Positions 28,466-38,472 of a stretch of 64,000 nt of DNA are shown one piece after another. Positions within the stretch are counted from its first letter, which is position 1. Each line of letters begins with the position of its first letter. The stretch spans positions 207,843 through 271,842 of the forward strand of contig JAMPXW010000001.1 of NCBI GenBank assembly GCA_023701005.1, given 5' to 3'. The DNA comes from Burkholderiales bacterium. Lineage in GTDB: Bacteria > Patescibacteriota > Minisyncoccia > Phycocordibacterales > UBA9973. A program made the translations under genes and the position numbers. The notes under the pieces were generated by a model. That model saw nothing but the letters and a program-made list of their open reading frames with translations. It searched no databases and was not told where the DNA came from.

Positions 28466-29593
28466 ATGAACAATCCATTAAAAGATTTTTTTTCAAAATT
28501 GAATATTACAAAAGTTGGAGATGGAGATAGTGCTGTAGGTATTGATATCGGTTCTTCTGCCATAAAGGTAGTTGAAATAAAAAAGAGAAGTGGTAAGGCT
28601 GTTTTGGAAACTTATGGATCTATATCTCTTGGTTCTTATGCAGAGATGGAGCCTGGCCATGTTACAAATTTACCTATAGATAAGATAGTGGAAGCATTAA
28701 AGGAAGTTTTAAAACAATCAGGAGTTTCTACTTATTCTTCTGCTTTTTCTATCCCAGTGCAATCAAGCTTAATATTTACTATTACTCTTCCTCCAAATAT
28801 AAAAGAAAATGAAATCCCAGCTATCATATCTACAGAAGCTCGTAAGTATATCCCATTACCCATCACAGAGGTTTCTTTGGATTATTTCCCTTTACCTCAA
28901 AAAGAAGCTTCTTTTGAAGAGATGAATGATCCAGAATTGGGAGTAAATCAAAATGAAAAAAAAGAAGTTTTGGTTGTAGCTATTCAAAATGATGCAGTTT
29001 CAAAATGTCGTTCTGTTTCTTCTATGTGTAATTTAGAGGCTGGATTTTTTGAAATTGAAATTTTTTCATCAGTGAGATCAAATTTTGAACATGAATTATC
29101 TTTAGTTCTTTTAATGGATTTTGGAGCATCTACTACAAAATTGTCTTTAGTTGAGTTTGGTATGGTCAAAGCTCATCACACGATAAATCGCGGAGGTGCA
29201 GACATTTCTAATTCTATAGCTCAATCCTTGAATATTTCTTTTTCTAAAGCAGAAGAAATGAAAAAAGATTTTGGTCTTTTTGGCAATCCAGAGGAAAAAC
29301 AATTAGCAGATATTATAAAAACCCATACAGATTATATCTTTTCTGAGACTAACAATGTATTGTTGGGCTATGAAAAGAAATATAATAAGACTATTAGTAA
29401 GGTTATATTTACAGGAGGAGGCTCTCTTTTGAAAGGTTTGACAGAAGTAGCGTCAAATAATTTTAGAGCAGAGATAAAAACAGGACATCCTTTTTCTAAA
29501 GTTGGCGCTCCAGCATTTTTGGAGAAAGTTCTTGAGACTACAGGCCCAGAGTTTGCTGTTGCTTTAGGTTTAGCCTTGCGAAAATTGCAATAA
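28466..29593 (+). CDS. pilM: Type IV pilus assembly protein PilM (actin-like ATPase)
   Basis: GIDIGSSAIKVVE phosphate-1 motif; actin/FtsA fold; first gene of a pilMNO-type cluster. Confidence 0.8.
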   Translation: MNNPLKDFFSKLNITKVGDGDSAVGIDIGSSAIKVVEIKKRSGKAVLETYGSISLGSYAEMEPGHVTNLPIDKIVEALKEVLKQSGVSTYSSAFSIPVQSSLIFTITLPPNIKENEIPAIISTEARKYIPLPITEVSLDYFPLPQKEASFEEMNDPELGVNQNEKKEVLVVAIQNDAVSKCRSVSSMCNLEAGFFEIEIFSSVRSNFEHELSLVLLMDFGASTTKLSLVEFGMVKAHHTINRGGADISNSIAQSLNISFSKAEEMKKDFGLFGNPEEKQLADIIKTHTDYIFSETNNVLLGYEKKYNKTISKVIFTGGGSLLKGLTEVASNNFRAEIKTGHPFSKVGAPAFLEKVLETTGPEFAVALGLALRKLQ

Positions 29594-29615
29594 ATGAGAT
29601 AATAGAATATATAAA

Positions 29616-30224
29616 ATGGATCAAAATTTTCAAACATCTTTTATACCAAAGAAACCGATGATCGAAGAGCGGGCTATTCCATCACAACCTGTGAGTCTTT
29701 TCACAATAATATCTATTTTTATATTTTTTACTGTAGTCATAGGTACTGGAGCTTTGTATTTTTATAATGGAATACTTTCTAAGGATATAATAAAAATGGA
29801 AAGTGATTTAAACTTAGCGAAAGATCGTTTTGAACCGTCAAAAATAATTCAATTACAAGTTTTAGACAAGAGGTTGAGTGCTGCTAGTGAAATTTTATCT
29901 AAACACATTGCTATTTCTCCTATTTTTAAAGCACTTCAAGATATCACTATGAAAACCGTTAGATATACAAAATTTGAATATCAAATAGAAGAGGGGAAGG
30001 GTGAGAAGATTTTAGTTAAAATGAGTGGCACAGCTGTGGGTTATAAGTCTGTCGCTTTACAATCTGATCTTTTTGCTAAGAATAAATATTTTATTGATCC
30101 AGTCTTTTCTAATTTAATGCTCGATGATAAAGGTAATGTAGTTTTTGATTTAGAATTCTCAGTTGATAGAGCTTTCATTGATTATAAAAAAGTGATTGAG
30201 GTTAATGCAGAAGTATTAAATTAA
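29616..30224 (+). CDS. pilN: PilN-like pilus assembly protein (single N-terminal transmembrane helix)
   Basis: Position after pilM, one TM segment, coiled-coil periplasmic region. Confidence 0.5.
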   Translation: MDQNFQTSFIPKKPMIEERAIPSQPVSLFTIISIFIFFTVVIGTGALYFYNGILSKDIIKMESDLNLAKDRFEPSKIIQLQVLDKRLSAASEILSKHIAISPIFKALQDITMKTVRYTKFEYQIEEGKGEKILVKMSGTAVGYKSVALQSDLFAKNKYFIDPVFSNLMLDDKGNVVFDLEFSVDRAFIDYKKVIEVNAEVLN

Positions 30225-30229
30225 AATTT

Positions 30230-30817
30230 ATGTCAAGATTTATTTTACCAACAATTTTAATAGGAATAGCAATATCAGGTTTTTTTATTCTGACTAAACC
30301 AACTTATGAAAATATAACTTCTGCAAGAGAACAGATAGCTTCTTATGATGAAGCATTGGCTAATTCTAAAGCACTTGAAGCAGAACGCGACAAACTTACC
30401 CAAAAATCTAATTCTTTTAAGGAAGAAGAGCTAGCAAGATTACATAAACTTTTACCAGATAATGTAGATAATATACGTTTAATATTAGAGATAGAAAAAA
30501 TTGCAGCTCCATACGGGATGGTCTTGAAAGATGTAAAATATGATACTACTAAAAAAGATTCTACCGAAACAAATCAGATTTACAATCAGGAAAATCCTAC
30601 CTTAAACAAAGATTATGGTATTTGGGATTTAGAATTTTCAACTCAAGCCACTTATAATAATTTTGTTTCTTTTATAAAAGACTTAGAAAATAATTTGAGA
30701 ATAGTAGATATTTCTTCAGTACAATTTGCTGCAAGTGGTAATACTGGCCTTAACCCTGCATTGCCAGAGGCTTTTAAATATACTTTTAGAATTAAAACTT
30801 ATTGGTTAAAAAATTAA
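30230..30817 (+). CDS. pilO: PilO-like pilus assembly protein
   Basis: Position, N-terminal TM segment plus coiled coil (ANSKALEAERDKLTQKSN...). Confidence 0.45.
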   Translation: MSRFILPTILIGIAISGFFILTKPTYENITSAREQIASYDEALANSKALEAERDKLTQKSNSFKEEELARLHKLLPDNVDNIRLILEIEKIAAPYGMVLKDVKYDTTKKDSTETNQIYNQENPTLNKDYGIWDLEFSTQATYNNFVSFIKDLENNLRIVDISSVQFAASGNTGLNPALPEAFKYTFRIKTYWLKN

Positions 30818-30818
30818 A

Positions 30819-31280
30819 ATGACACCCAAAATAAAAAACATAATATTATTTACTTTAATAGCAGCAGCACTGATTTTGGTGTATGTCTTTTTTATTAAAA
30901 AAGATGCGACAGAAGAAGAGAGCCTAGTTTCTTCTACGGAAAGTGACATAGTTTCGACCGATACATTAAATCAAAATTCAGAAATTGCACAGAATTTACT
31001 TTCAGTGTTGTTGGGTGTAAAAAATATTAAGTTAGAAGATAGTATTTTTTCAGAAAAGTCATTTTTAAATTTGCGTGATTCTAGCATCATTCTCAACTCG
31101 ACAGGGGACGAAGGGAGAATTAATCCTTTTGCTCCTATTGGATATGAAAATCTTGTTTCTCCTCTTCCTGGTATCGGCAGTACGACTCCTGCAATTTCAG
31201 GTACGGCACCTTCTCTAGAAACAAATGAAGAAAAAACGAATAAGACAAATGTCCCAGCAAATACGAAAACAGCTAATTAA
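30819..31280 (+). CDS. Hypothetical membrane-anchored protein with Ser/Thr-rich C-terminus (PilP-position gene)
   Basis: Translationally coupled to the pilO-like gene; no motif support. Confidence 0.3.
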   Translation: MTPKIKNIILFTLIAAALILVYVFFIKKDATEEESLVSSTESDIVSTDTLNQNSEIAQNLLSVLLGVKNIKLEDSIFSEKSFLNLRDSSIILNSTGDEGRINPFAPIGYENLVSPLPGIGSTTPAISGTAPSLETNEEKTNKTNVPANTKTAN

Positions 31281-31283
31281 ATT

Positions 31284-33035
31284 ATGAGTTTTTTAGAAGA
31301 ATTAGTTAAAAATCAGTTAATAGACAAAACTCAAATAGATGAGATAAAAAATATCGCCAAGGAAAAACATAATGGCAATATAGATGAAGCATTAATTGAG
31401 TTTGGAGTACCAGAAGATAAATCTCTTTTAGTTAAAGGGAGTTATTTGCAGATGCCTGTTAAAAAAGTAGATACTAAAGAATTTTCTTTCGATGTTTTAA
31501 AATATATTCCTGAAGATGCAGCGAAACATTATCATTTTGTTCCGTTGGAATTAAAAGAAGGTGTTTTGGAGATTGGTATAACAGATGGAGAAGATTCACA
31601 AGCCCTTGATGCTTTACAATTTATTTCTGCCAAGATAGGAATTCCATTTAAGATTTTTTTGATTTCAGATTCAGATTATAAAACTATTATTGATACATAC
31701 AGAGGTATTTCTGTACAGGTAGAAGAAGCGCTAAATCAATTAAATGAGGATGAGACAGCGAATACTAAGAGTGCAAATGAATCGAATAATCTCAATAAAG
31801 AGATAAAGAACATAAAGTCAAATGAAGAAGTGAAAATAGTAGAGGATGCTCCTGTTATAAAAATAGTTGCTGTCATATTGCGTAATGCTATAGAAAGTAA
31901 TGCCTCAGATATCCATATAGAAAATATTGGAGAGAAAGTGAAGGTACGTTTTCGAGTGGATGGAAGTCTTCATACTACAATAGTATTACCACCGAATGTC
32001 TATAATGGCATCGTGGCTCGTGTGAAGATATTGGCCAAGCTTCGCTTGGATGAAAAGAGGAAACCACAAGATGGATCTTTTAGTACTAATTTAGATGGAC
32101 ACAAGATTGATTTTCGTGTTTCTACTATGCCTGCTTATTATGGTGAAAAAGTAGTTATTCGTATTTTGGATGCGGAAAAAGGGGTAAAACCATTAGATCA
32201 ACTTGGTTTATCAAAAAGAAATCTTGAAATGATAAGAGAAGCTATAAAAAAACCTTACGGTCTTATTTTGATTACTGGACCTACTGGTTCTGGTAAATCT
32301 ACAACATTATATTCGATGATGAATGAACTTGATAAAGAAACTAGTAATATCGTTTCTTTGGAAGACCCAGTTGAATATCATATGCCTGATATAAACCAAT
32401 CTCAGATGATGCCAGAAATAGGATATACTTTTGCTTCGGGTTTGCGTTCCATACTTCGTCAAGACCCAGATGTCATCATGGTAGGAGAAATTCGTGATAA
32501 AGAAACGGCACAGCTTGCTATTCAAGCAGCTTTGACTGGGCACCTTGTTTTATCTACCTTGCATACCAATAGTGCTATTGGGGCAGTGCCTCGCTTGGTA
32601 GATATGGGAGTGGATCCTTATCTTATAGCACCTACACTTATTTTATCAGTAGCTCAACGTCTAGCGAGGATGGCTTATCCAACTTCTAGGAAACTAGTAC
32701 CGATGGATCCTAGTATAAAACTTCAAATTGAAGATGAATTAAAAGATTTACCGGAAGAATTTAGAAAAGAGATAGTAATAAAAGATCAAATGTATGATAT
32801 TGTCCCTTCTCCTGAATGTCCTTCAGGCACAAAAGGGCGTATTGCTATTTTTGAAATGTTTAAAGTTGGTAAAGAAATGCAGAATATTATTTTGAAAAGT
32901 CCAGTTGATTCTGAAATATACAAAGTAGCTAGAAAAGATGGAATGCTTCTCATGAGAGAAGACGCAATGCTTAAAGCCTTAGATGGCATTATTCCATATA
33001 AAGAAGTTTTCAATTTTGTGAATGATAATGATTAA
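31284..33035 (+). CDS. pilB: Type IV pilus assembly ATPase PilB (GspE family)
   Basis: N1 domain, Walker A LITGPTGSGKSTT, Asp box, Walker B VIMVGEIRD, His box, and the tetracysteine-type segment. Confidence 0.9.
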   Translation: MSFLEELVKNQLIDKTQIDEIKNIAKEKHNGNIDEALIEFGVPEDKSLLVKGSYLQMPVKKVDTKEFSFDVLKYIPEDAAKHYHFVPLELKEGVLEIGITDGEDSQALDALQFISAKIGIPFKIFLISDSDYKTIIDTYRGISVQVEEALNQLNEDETANTKSANESNNLNKEIKNIKSNEEVKIVEDAPVIKIVAVILRNAIESNASDIHIENIGEKVKVRFRVDGSLHTTIVLPPNVYNGIVARVKILAKLRLDEKRKPQDGSFSTNLDGHKIDFRVSTMPAYYGEKVVIRILDAEKGVKPLDQLGLSKRNLEMIREAIKKPYGLILITGPTGSGKSTTLYSMMNELDKETSNIVSLEDPVEYHMPDINQSQMMPEIGYTFASGLRSILRQDPDVIMVGEIRDKETAQLAIQAALTGHLVLSTLHTNSAIGAVPRLVDMGVDPYLIAPTLILSVAQRLARMAYPTSRKLVPMDPSIKLQIEDELKDLPEEFRKEIVIKDQMYDIVPSPECPSGTKGRIAIFEMFKVGKEMQNIILKSPVDSEIYKVARKDGMLLMREDAMLKALDGIIPYKEVFNFVNDND

Positions 33036-33096
33036 AAAAGTTGTCCACAAAAAACTATTATTAATAAATAAATTGTAATATAATAAATTTAGATAT

Positions 33097-33492
33097 ATGG
33101 AAGGAGATAAAAGAAAAATTTTGATAGTTGATGATGATACATTCCTTTTGGATATGTATGCATTTAAGTTTAGCCAACATAATTTTGAAGTTTATACAGC
33201 TCCAAATGGTTTGCAGGCTATAGAAAAATTAAAAGACGGGCTTAAGCCAGACATTATTTTGATGGATATTATTATGCCAGATATGGATGGTTTTGAGATG
33301 TTGGAAAACATAAATAAAGATAATTTGTCTCCAAATTCCACAAAAATAATTTTATCTAATAAGAGTGAACAAGCAGATATCGATAGAGGCAATGGCCTAG
33401 GTGCTTCTGGCTATATAGTAAAAGCAAATTCTACTCCACAAGAAGTCATCGAACAAGTAGTACAAATCTTATCAAAGAAAGTTGCAAATTAA
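33097..33492 (+). CDS. Single-domain response regulator (CheY-like receiver; PilH-like position)
   Basis: ILIVDDD...D...PDIILMDIIMP...K receiver signature. Confidence 0.7.
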   Translation: MEGDKRKILIVDDDTFLLDMYAFKFSQHNFEVYTAPNGLQAIEKLKDGLKPDIILMDIIMPDMDGFEMLENINKDNLSPNSTKIILSNKSEQADIDRGNGLGASGYIVKANSTPQEVIEQVVQILSKKVAN

Positions 33493-33522
33493 CAATAAAT
33501 ATAAGTTAACACTACATAAATT

Positions 33523-34581
33523 ATGGACTATAAAAAAAAGTTTGAAGATCTTATTTTGACAGTAATCCACCAAGGTGGGTCAGATCTTCATTTGGGTGTA
33601 GGTAAAGTTCCAGCCATACGTGTAGCTGGAGAACTTATTTTCCTTGTAAAAAATCCTGTTTTAACAAAAGAAGATGTATTGGGTATTTTGGGAGAAATTT
33701 TAGATAAAACAAAATTAAATAAATTCATTGAAGAACAGGAAATTGATTTTTCTTATGACTATCGAGGAGAAGCTCGTCTTCGAGGTAATGCATTTTTTCA
33801 AAAAGGTTTGATAAGTGTTGCCTTAAGACTTGTCCCTCAAGTCAAATCAATTTCGGAATTGCATCTACCTCCGATCATTTCAGAATTAGCTCGCAAAAAG
33901 CAAGGTTTCTTTTTGGTTGTGGGTCCTGTAGGGCAAGGTAAATCTACTACTCTTTCAGCCATGGTGAATCTGATAAATAATGAACAAACAAAACATATCG
34001 TGACGATTGAAGATCCTATTGAATATGTTTTCACTCCAAATAAATCTATTATAGATCAACGTGAAGTGGGTATTGATACGAAAGATTTTTATACTGCACT
34101 GAAATCAGTTTTTAGAGAGGATGTGAATGTTATCATGATAGGAGAGATGCGTAATCCTGAAACTATTTCTGCTGCTGTGACAGCTGCTGAGACGGGACAT
34201 CTAGTACTTTCTACTTTGCACACAAATAATGCTTCACAAACCATAGACAGAATTATAGATTCTTTCCCAGGAGCACAACAAGATCAAATTCGTTTACAGC
34301 TGGCCTCTAGTTTGTTGGGAATATTTTCTCAAAGATTGATTCCTAGAATATCTGGGGGGCTTATTCCTGCTTATGAATTATTATTGAACAACAATGCTGT
34401 TTCAAATTTGATAAGAGAAAAACGTACGAAAGAAATTGATGTAGTTATAGAGACGGGAATGGAATCTGGAATGATTGATTTGAATCATTCATTGATAGAG
34501 CTGGTGAGAGCGGGAGAGATTACAATAGAAAATGCATATCAATTTTCTCTTAATCCAAAAGGGCTTGAGCGCATATTATAA
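33523..34581 (+). CDS. pilT: Twitching-motility retraction ATPase PilT
   Basis: Walker A VVGPVGQGKSTT, Walker B VIMIGEMRN, and the PilT-specific AIRNLIRE-like motif AVSNLIREKR. Confidence 0.85.
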   Translation: MDYKKKFEDLILTVIHQGGSDLHLGVGKVPAIRVAGELIFLVKNPVLTKEDVLGILGEILDKTKLNKFIEEQEIDFSYDYRGEARLRGNAFFQKGLISVALRLVPQVKSISELHLPPIISELARKKQGFFLVVGPVGQGKSTTLSAMVNLINNEQTKHIVTIEDPIEYVFTPNKSIIDQREVGIDTKDFYTALKSVFREDVNVIMIGEMRNPETISAAVTAAETGHLVLSTLHTNNASQTIDRIIDSFPGAQQDQIRLQLASSLLGIFSQRLIPRISGGLIPAYELLLNNNAVSNLIREKRTKEIDVVIETGMESGMIDLNHSLIELVRAGEITIENAYQFSLNPKGLERIL

Positions 34582-34624
34582 TACTTTATGACTTTATAAA
34601 CTTTTAACTTTATGACTTATTGCA

Positions 34625-35827
34625 ATGTTATTTAAATATAAAGCAGTAGATGAAAAAGGAATAAATAAAGAAGGAGAAATCGATGCAGCAAATCGTGATG
34701 TTGCTATCAGTGGTCTTCAGAGAAGGGGATTGATTGTCATTTCTATTAAGGATGAAGGAGAGAAAAAAAGTTTTTTATCTTTTGGAGGTAAAATTCCAAT
34801 GAAAGATGTTGTGATTCTTTCTCGTCAGATTTCAACTTTATTTGAAGCTCAAGTATCTGCACTAAAGGCATTTACAATGCTTGCATCTAACGCAGAAAAT
34901 AAATTATTAGCAAAGAAACTTACAATAATAAGTGATGATTTGCAGGCAGGTATATCTATTTCTGGTGCTTTGGCTAAACATCCAGAAGTTTTTTCTAATT
35001 TTTATGTGAACATGGTAAAGGTTGGAGAAGAAACTGGTAAATTAAATGAAACTTTTGATCACTTGGCAAATTATTTAAATCGTCAATATGCTCTTACAGC
35101 TAAAACAAAGAATGCTCTTATTTATCCAGCGTTTGTTATTTTTACATTTTTTGTAGTTATGGGATTGATGTTTGTAGTCGTTATACCTAAACTTTCTGCT
35201 ATTATTCTTGATTCCGGACAAGAACCTCCAATATATACAAAGATTGTTATAGCTCTTTCAAATTTCTTTGTTGATTATGGTTTTCTTGTAATTATATTTT
35301 TAATATTATCAGGGATCTGGGCATGGAGACTTTCAGCAACAGAAAAAGGAAAAGAATATATAGACAAAATGAGGCTTTCTATACCAGCAGTAGGTAATCT
35401 ATACAAGAAACTTTATCTTTCAAGAATAGCAGACAATATGGATACGATGCTTAGCTCTGGTATCCCTATCGTTAGAGCCATAGACATAACCTCAGATGTT
35501 GTCGGTAGTAGGGTGTATCAAGAAGTTTTAAAAAAGGTTGCTGACGGAGTAAAATCAGGGTTATCTTTTTCTGCTGCTTTTGAAAGACACAAAGAACAAG
35601 TTCCTGGTATTATGGTGCAGATGGTGAAAGTCGGGGAAGAGACGGGTTCTTTGGGTAAGATTTTAAAGACTTTGGCAGATTTTTATAAAAGAGAAGTGGA
35701 TGATGCTGTGGACACATTGGTTGGACTTATTGAGCCAGTAATGATAGTCGTTTTGGGCTTGGGGGTTGGTGTTCTTTTGGTTTCTGTATTAATGCCGATT
35801 TACAATTTGGCAGGAGGGATACAATAG
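34625..35827 (+). CDS. pilC: Type IV pilus platform protein PilC (GspF family)
   Basis: Two GspF repeats, each with a conserved Gx5Gx4L block. Confidence 0.85.
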   Translation: MLFKYKAVDEKGINKEGEIDAANRDVAISGLQRRGLIVISIKDEGEKKSFLSFGGKIPMKDVVILSRQISTLFEAQVSALKAFTMLASNAENKLLAKKLTIISDDLQAGISISGALAKHPEVFSNFYVNMVKVGEETGKLNETFDHLANYLNRQYALTAKTKNALIYPAFVIFTFFVVMGLMFVVVIPKLSAIILDSGQEPPIYTKIVIALSNFFVDYGFLVIIFLILSGIWAWRLSATEKGKEYIDKMRLSIPAVGNLYKKLYLSRIADNMDTMLSSGIPIVRAIDITSDVVGSRVYQEVLKKVADGVKSGLSFSAAFERHKEQVPGIMVQMVKVGEETGSLGKILKTLADFYKREVDDAVDTLVGLIEPVMIVVLGLGVGVLLVSVLMPIYNLAGGIQ

Positions 35828-35992
35828 ATAGGATGTGGATAACTTTTTTGCATATATATAATGATAAAAGTTATAATATAGGTATTAAAATAAAGTCGAA
35901 AATCTTCATTTAGAAGAATGAAGAAAAAATTATTAGTTTCCGCCAAGCGCGGACGAGCTTTAGCTCGAAATATTATTAGTAAGAAAAAAATT

Positions 35993-36448
35993 ATGAAGAA
36001 TTTTAAAAAAGGTTTTACATTGATTGAATTGTTGGTTGTTGTTGCAATCATCGGTATTTTGGCATCAGTTGTTTTGGCATCATTAAATAGTGCTAGAACA
36101 AAAGGAGCAGATGCTGCTATCAAAGCAAACTTAGCAAACATTCGTGCACAAGCTGAAATTTTATATGATACAGATTCAAATTATGCTAATGTATGTACAA
36201 ATACTACAGTAGCAGCTGCAATTAATTCAGCAAAGACTTCTGCTGGTATTACTGCTGCAACAGTTACAACTTTAGCTACAGCAGGAACAGCTACTACAGC
36301 TGTTTGTCACGTAGCAGCAGACAATGCTTCTTGGGCAGCTGAAGTTCCATTGAAGTCTTCAAGCGCAAATAGTTGGTGTGTAGATAGTACAGGTGCTTCT
36401 ATGCAACTCACAGGATATCTTGGCGCTAGTGACGTAACTTGTAATTAA
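35993..36448 (+). CDS. Type IV major pilin paralog 1 (prepilin with a 7-aa leader, MKNFKKG|FTLIELL)
   Basis: Class III signal (G-FTLIELLVVVAIIG) with Glu at +5. The ORF-track start at 35918 is probably too far upstream. Confidence 0.7.
   Translation: MKNFKKGFTLIELLVVVAIIGILASVVLASLNSARTKGADAAIKANLANIRAQAEILYDTDSNYANVCTNTTVAAAINSAKTSAGITAATVTTLATAGTATTAVCHVAADNASWAAEVPLKSSSANSWCVDSTGASMQLTGYLGASDVTCN
36023..36124. repeat. 102-bp block 100% identical to 36636..36737 (pilin paralogs 1 and 2), inside a region of roughly 170 bp with more limited flanking similarity
   Basis: Direct comparison of the two pilin 5' regions. Confidence 0.85.
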
Positions 36449-36563
36449 TATATATTTATATACAAAAAAACTACCCTGCTTGGGGTAGTTTTTTTGTTTT
36501 TATATGTGATATAATAAATATAGAAATGGGGCCGATTTATTAATATATTATTAAGTTAATTTT

Positions 36564-37109
36564 ATGAAGAATTTATCAAAAAGTTTCAAGCAAGGTTCCG
36601 CCTCGGCTTGCCGAAGACGAGACGGGTTTACGTTAATTGAATTGTTGGTTGTTGTTGCAATCATCGGTATTTTGGCATCAGTTGTTTTGGCATCATTAAA
36701 TAGTGCTAGAACAAAAGGAGCAGATGCTGCTATCAAATCTAATTTAGCAAATATGCGTGCGCAAAGTGAAATTTTGTATGACAAGAATGGGAGGTATGAT
36801 ATAGATACGACGGCGACAACAGTTGCGGCTGCTGCATGTACAAATACAGCCAATAGTCTTTTTGCTGATCCAACTATATGGGGTCAAGTTAACAGTGCTT
36901 TGTCTTCTTCTGGTGGTTTGGATTCATGTATGGTTGGGCCATCAGCGGATTCATGGGCAGTCGTAGTGCAAATGAAACAAAATCCAAATACGGAAGCATG
37001 GTGTGTAGATAGCTCTGGTGCTTCAAAAAAAGAAACTCTTGATGGTTCTCCCATTCAAACTGAATTAAATGCTCTTGTTACTGATGGAATAATAGCTAAG
37101 TGTGATTAA
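36564..37109 (+). CDS. Type IV pilin paralog 2 with an extended 21-aa leader carrying a 10-codon GC-rich insert (SASACRRRDG)
   Basis: MKNLSKSFKQG-SASACRRRDG-FTLIELLVVVAIIG. Identical to paralog 3 except for the 30-nt insertion ttccgcctcggcttgccgaagacgagacgg. Confidence 0.7.
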   Translation: MKNLSKSFKQGSASACRRRDGFTLIELLVVVAIIGILASVVLASLNSARTKGADAAIKSNLANMRAQSEILYDKNGRYDIDTTATTVAAAACTNTANSLFADPTIWGQVNSALSSSGGLDSCMVGPSADSWAVVVQMKQNPNTEAWCVDSSGASKKETLDGSPIQTELNALVTDGIIAKCD

Positions 37110-37127
37110 TATTAAAAATTATTTATT

Positions 37128-37652
37128 ATGAAGAATTTATCAAAAAGTTTCAAGCGAGGTTTTACGTTAATCGAATTGTTGGTTGTTGTTGCTATCATCG
37201 CCATTTTGGTTGCGGTGATTATGGCGTCGACTACGGAATCTAGAAATAGGGGGGCAGATGCAGGTATAAAAACGAATCTTAATACCATAAAAGGAGCAGC
37301 AGAATTGTTTTATGTTAATCCTTTAACGGTCGCACCTACAAAGCCTGCTTTTTCTTTTGGTAGTGATATTAGTGGGAATTGTCCTTCTTATAGCGCTAGT
37401 TCGAACGTTATGTTTCAAAGAGATAAAAACATAGCTGATGCTATTGCAGAAGCCACCAAGAGATCTAGTGTAAATTATGCTTTTTGTGATGCGAATGCTA
37501 CAAACTGGGCTGTTGGTGTCGTTTTGAAGACTGATGCTAAATCTGCTTGGTGTGTTGATAGTTCTAACGCTTCTAAGAAGGTTACTCGTGTTGCTAATGG
37601 CGCAATGGTCATAAGTGATGTCATCGACACAGCCACTCATTTGTGTAAATAG
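37128..37652 (+). CDS. Type IV pilin paralog 3 (11-aa leader, MKNLSKSFKRG|FTLIELL)
   Basis: Class III signal peptide; divergent C-terminal domain with a Cys pair. Confidence 0.7.
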   Translation: MKNLSKSFKRGFTLIELLVVVAIIAILVAVIMASTTESRNRGADAGIKTNLNTIKGAAELFYVNPLTVAPTKPAFSFGSDISGNCPSYSASSNVMFQRDKNIADAIAEATKRSSVNYAFCDANATNWAVGVVLKTDAKSAWCVDSSNASKKVTRVANGAMVISDVIDTATHLCK

Positions 37653-37668
37653 TTATTAATATAAAATT

Positions 37669-38448
37669 ATGACTTTTTCTCTTGCAATAATTTTTTTTGG
37701 ATTGGGTTTAATAATAGGAAGTTTTTTGAATGTTGTTATATTTAGATTTAATACACAACGTTCATTTGGGGGCAGGAGTGGATGTATGGTTTGTCAAAAG
37801 AAACTTTCTTGGTATGAGCTTTTCCCAGTTTTTAGTTTTATTTTCTTGAGAGGGAGATGCAAGGGTTGTAAAACAAAAATTTCCATTCAATATCCTATAG
37901 TAGAATTATTATCTGGATTTATATTCTTATCAATATTTTTGAAGTTTCAAGATGTTTTCTATTTTGACACTTTGAATTTTACTATATCTTATGCATATTA
38001 TGTGGCTATTTTTTCTATGTTTCTCGTTATTGCAGTTTATGATTATAAACATAAAATAATACCAGATATTTTCTCAATTTTTTTGGGAGTAATAACTTTC
38101 ATAGGTTTATTTCTATTTGAAGATTTTGCTTTTTCTCCGCATATTCCATCCTTGTTGCAATTTTTATCTGGGATATTCTTAGCATTACCTTTTGCTTTTA
38201 TTTGGCTTATTTCTAAAGGAACTTGGATGGGCTTGGGTGATGCGAAGCTTTCTCTCAGCTTGGGGTGGCTTTTGGGGTACGGAATGTTACTCTCAGCGGG
38301 GGTTTTGGCTTTTTGGTCTGGAGCTATTGTGGGAATATTTCTTTTACTTTTTTCAAAAAAATATGGAATAAAAAGTGAAATACCTTTTGCCCCATTTTTA
38401 GTTTTAGGAGTTTTTCTTTCGTTCATTTTCGAATTAAGATTTTTTTAG
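37669..38448 (+). CDS. pilD: Prepilin peptidase (A24 family) PilD
   Basis: N-terminal tetra-Cys (CMVCQKK...CKGCK), catalytic Asp pair in a polytopic membrane protein, and a GDAKL motif. Confidence 0.85.
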   Translation: MTFSLAIIFFGLGLIIGSFLNVVIFRFNTQRSFGGRSGCMVCQKKLSWYELFPVFSFIFLRGRCKGCKTKISIQYPIVELLSGFIFLSIFLKFQDVFYFDTLNFTISYAYYVAIFSMFLVIAVYDYKHKIIPDIFSIFLGVITFIGLFLFEDFAFSPHIPSLLQFLSGIFLALPFAFIWLISKGTWMGLGDAKLSLSLGWLLGYGMLLSAGVLAFWSGAIVGIFLLLFSKKYGIKSEIPFAPFLVLGVFLSFIFELRFF

Positions 38449-38472
38449 ACCAGAGTCATCGTTAAAATTAAA

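Noticed and set aside
35918-35992. Upstream extension of pilin 1 (MKKKLLVSAKRGRALARNIISKKKI...) suggested by the ORF track
   Set aside because: Prepilin leaders are short and basic. The internal Met giving MKNFKKG|FTLIEL matches the paralogs. The upstream stretch is a GC-rich element rather than coding leader. This remains uncertain.
35800-36853. Minus-strand ORFs 35800..36141 and 36551..36853 sharing the peptide LIAASAPFVLALFNDAKTTDAKIPMIATTTNNSINV
   Set aside because: They are the antisense reading of the duplicated pilin N-terminal block, an artefact of the 102-bp repeat, and the plus-strand pilins have strong class III signal motifs.
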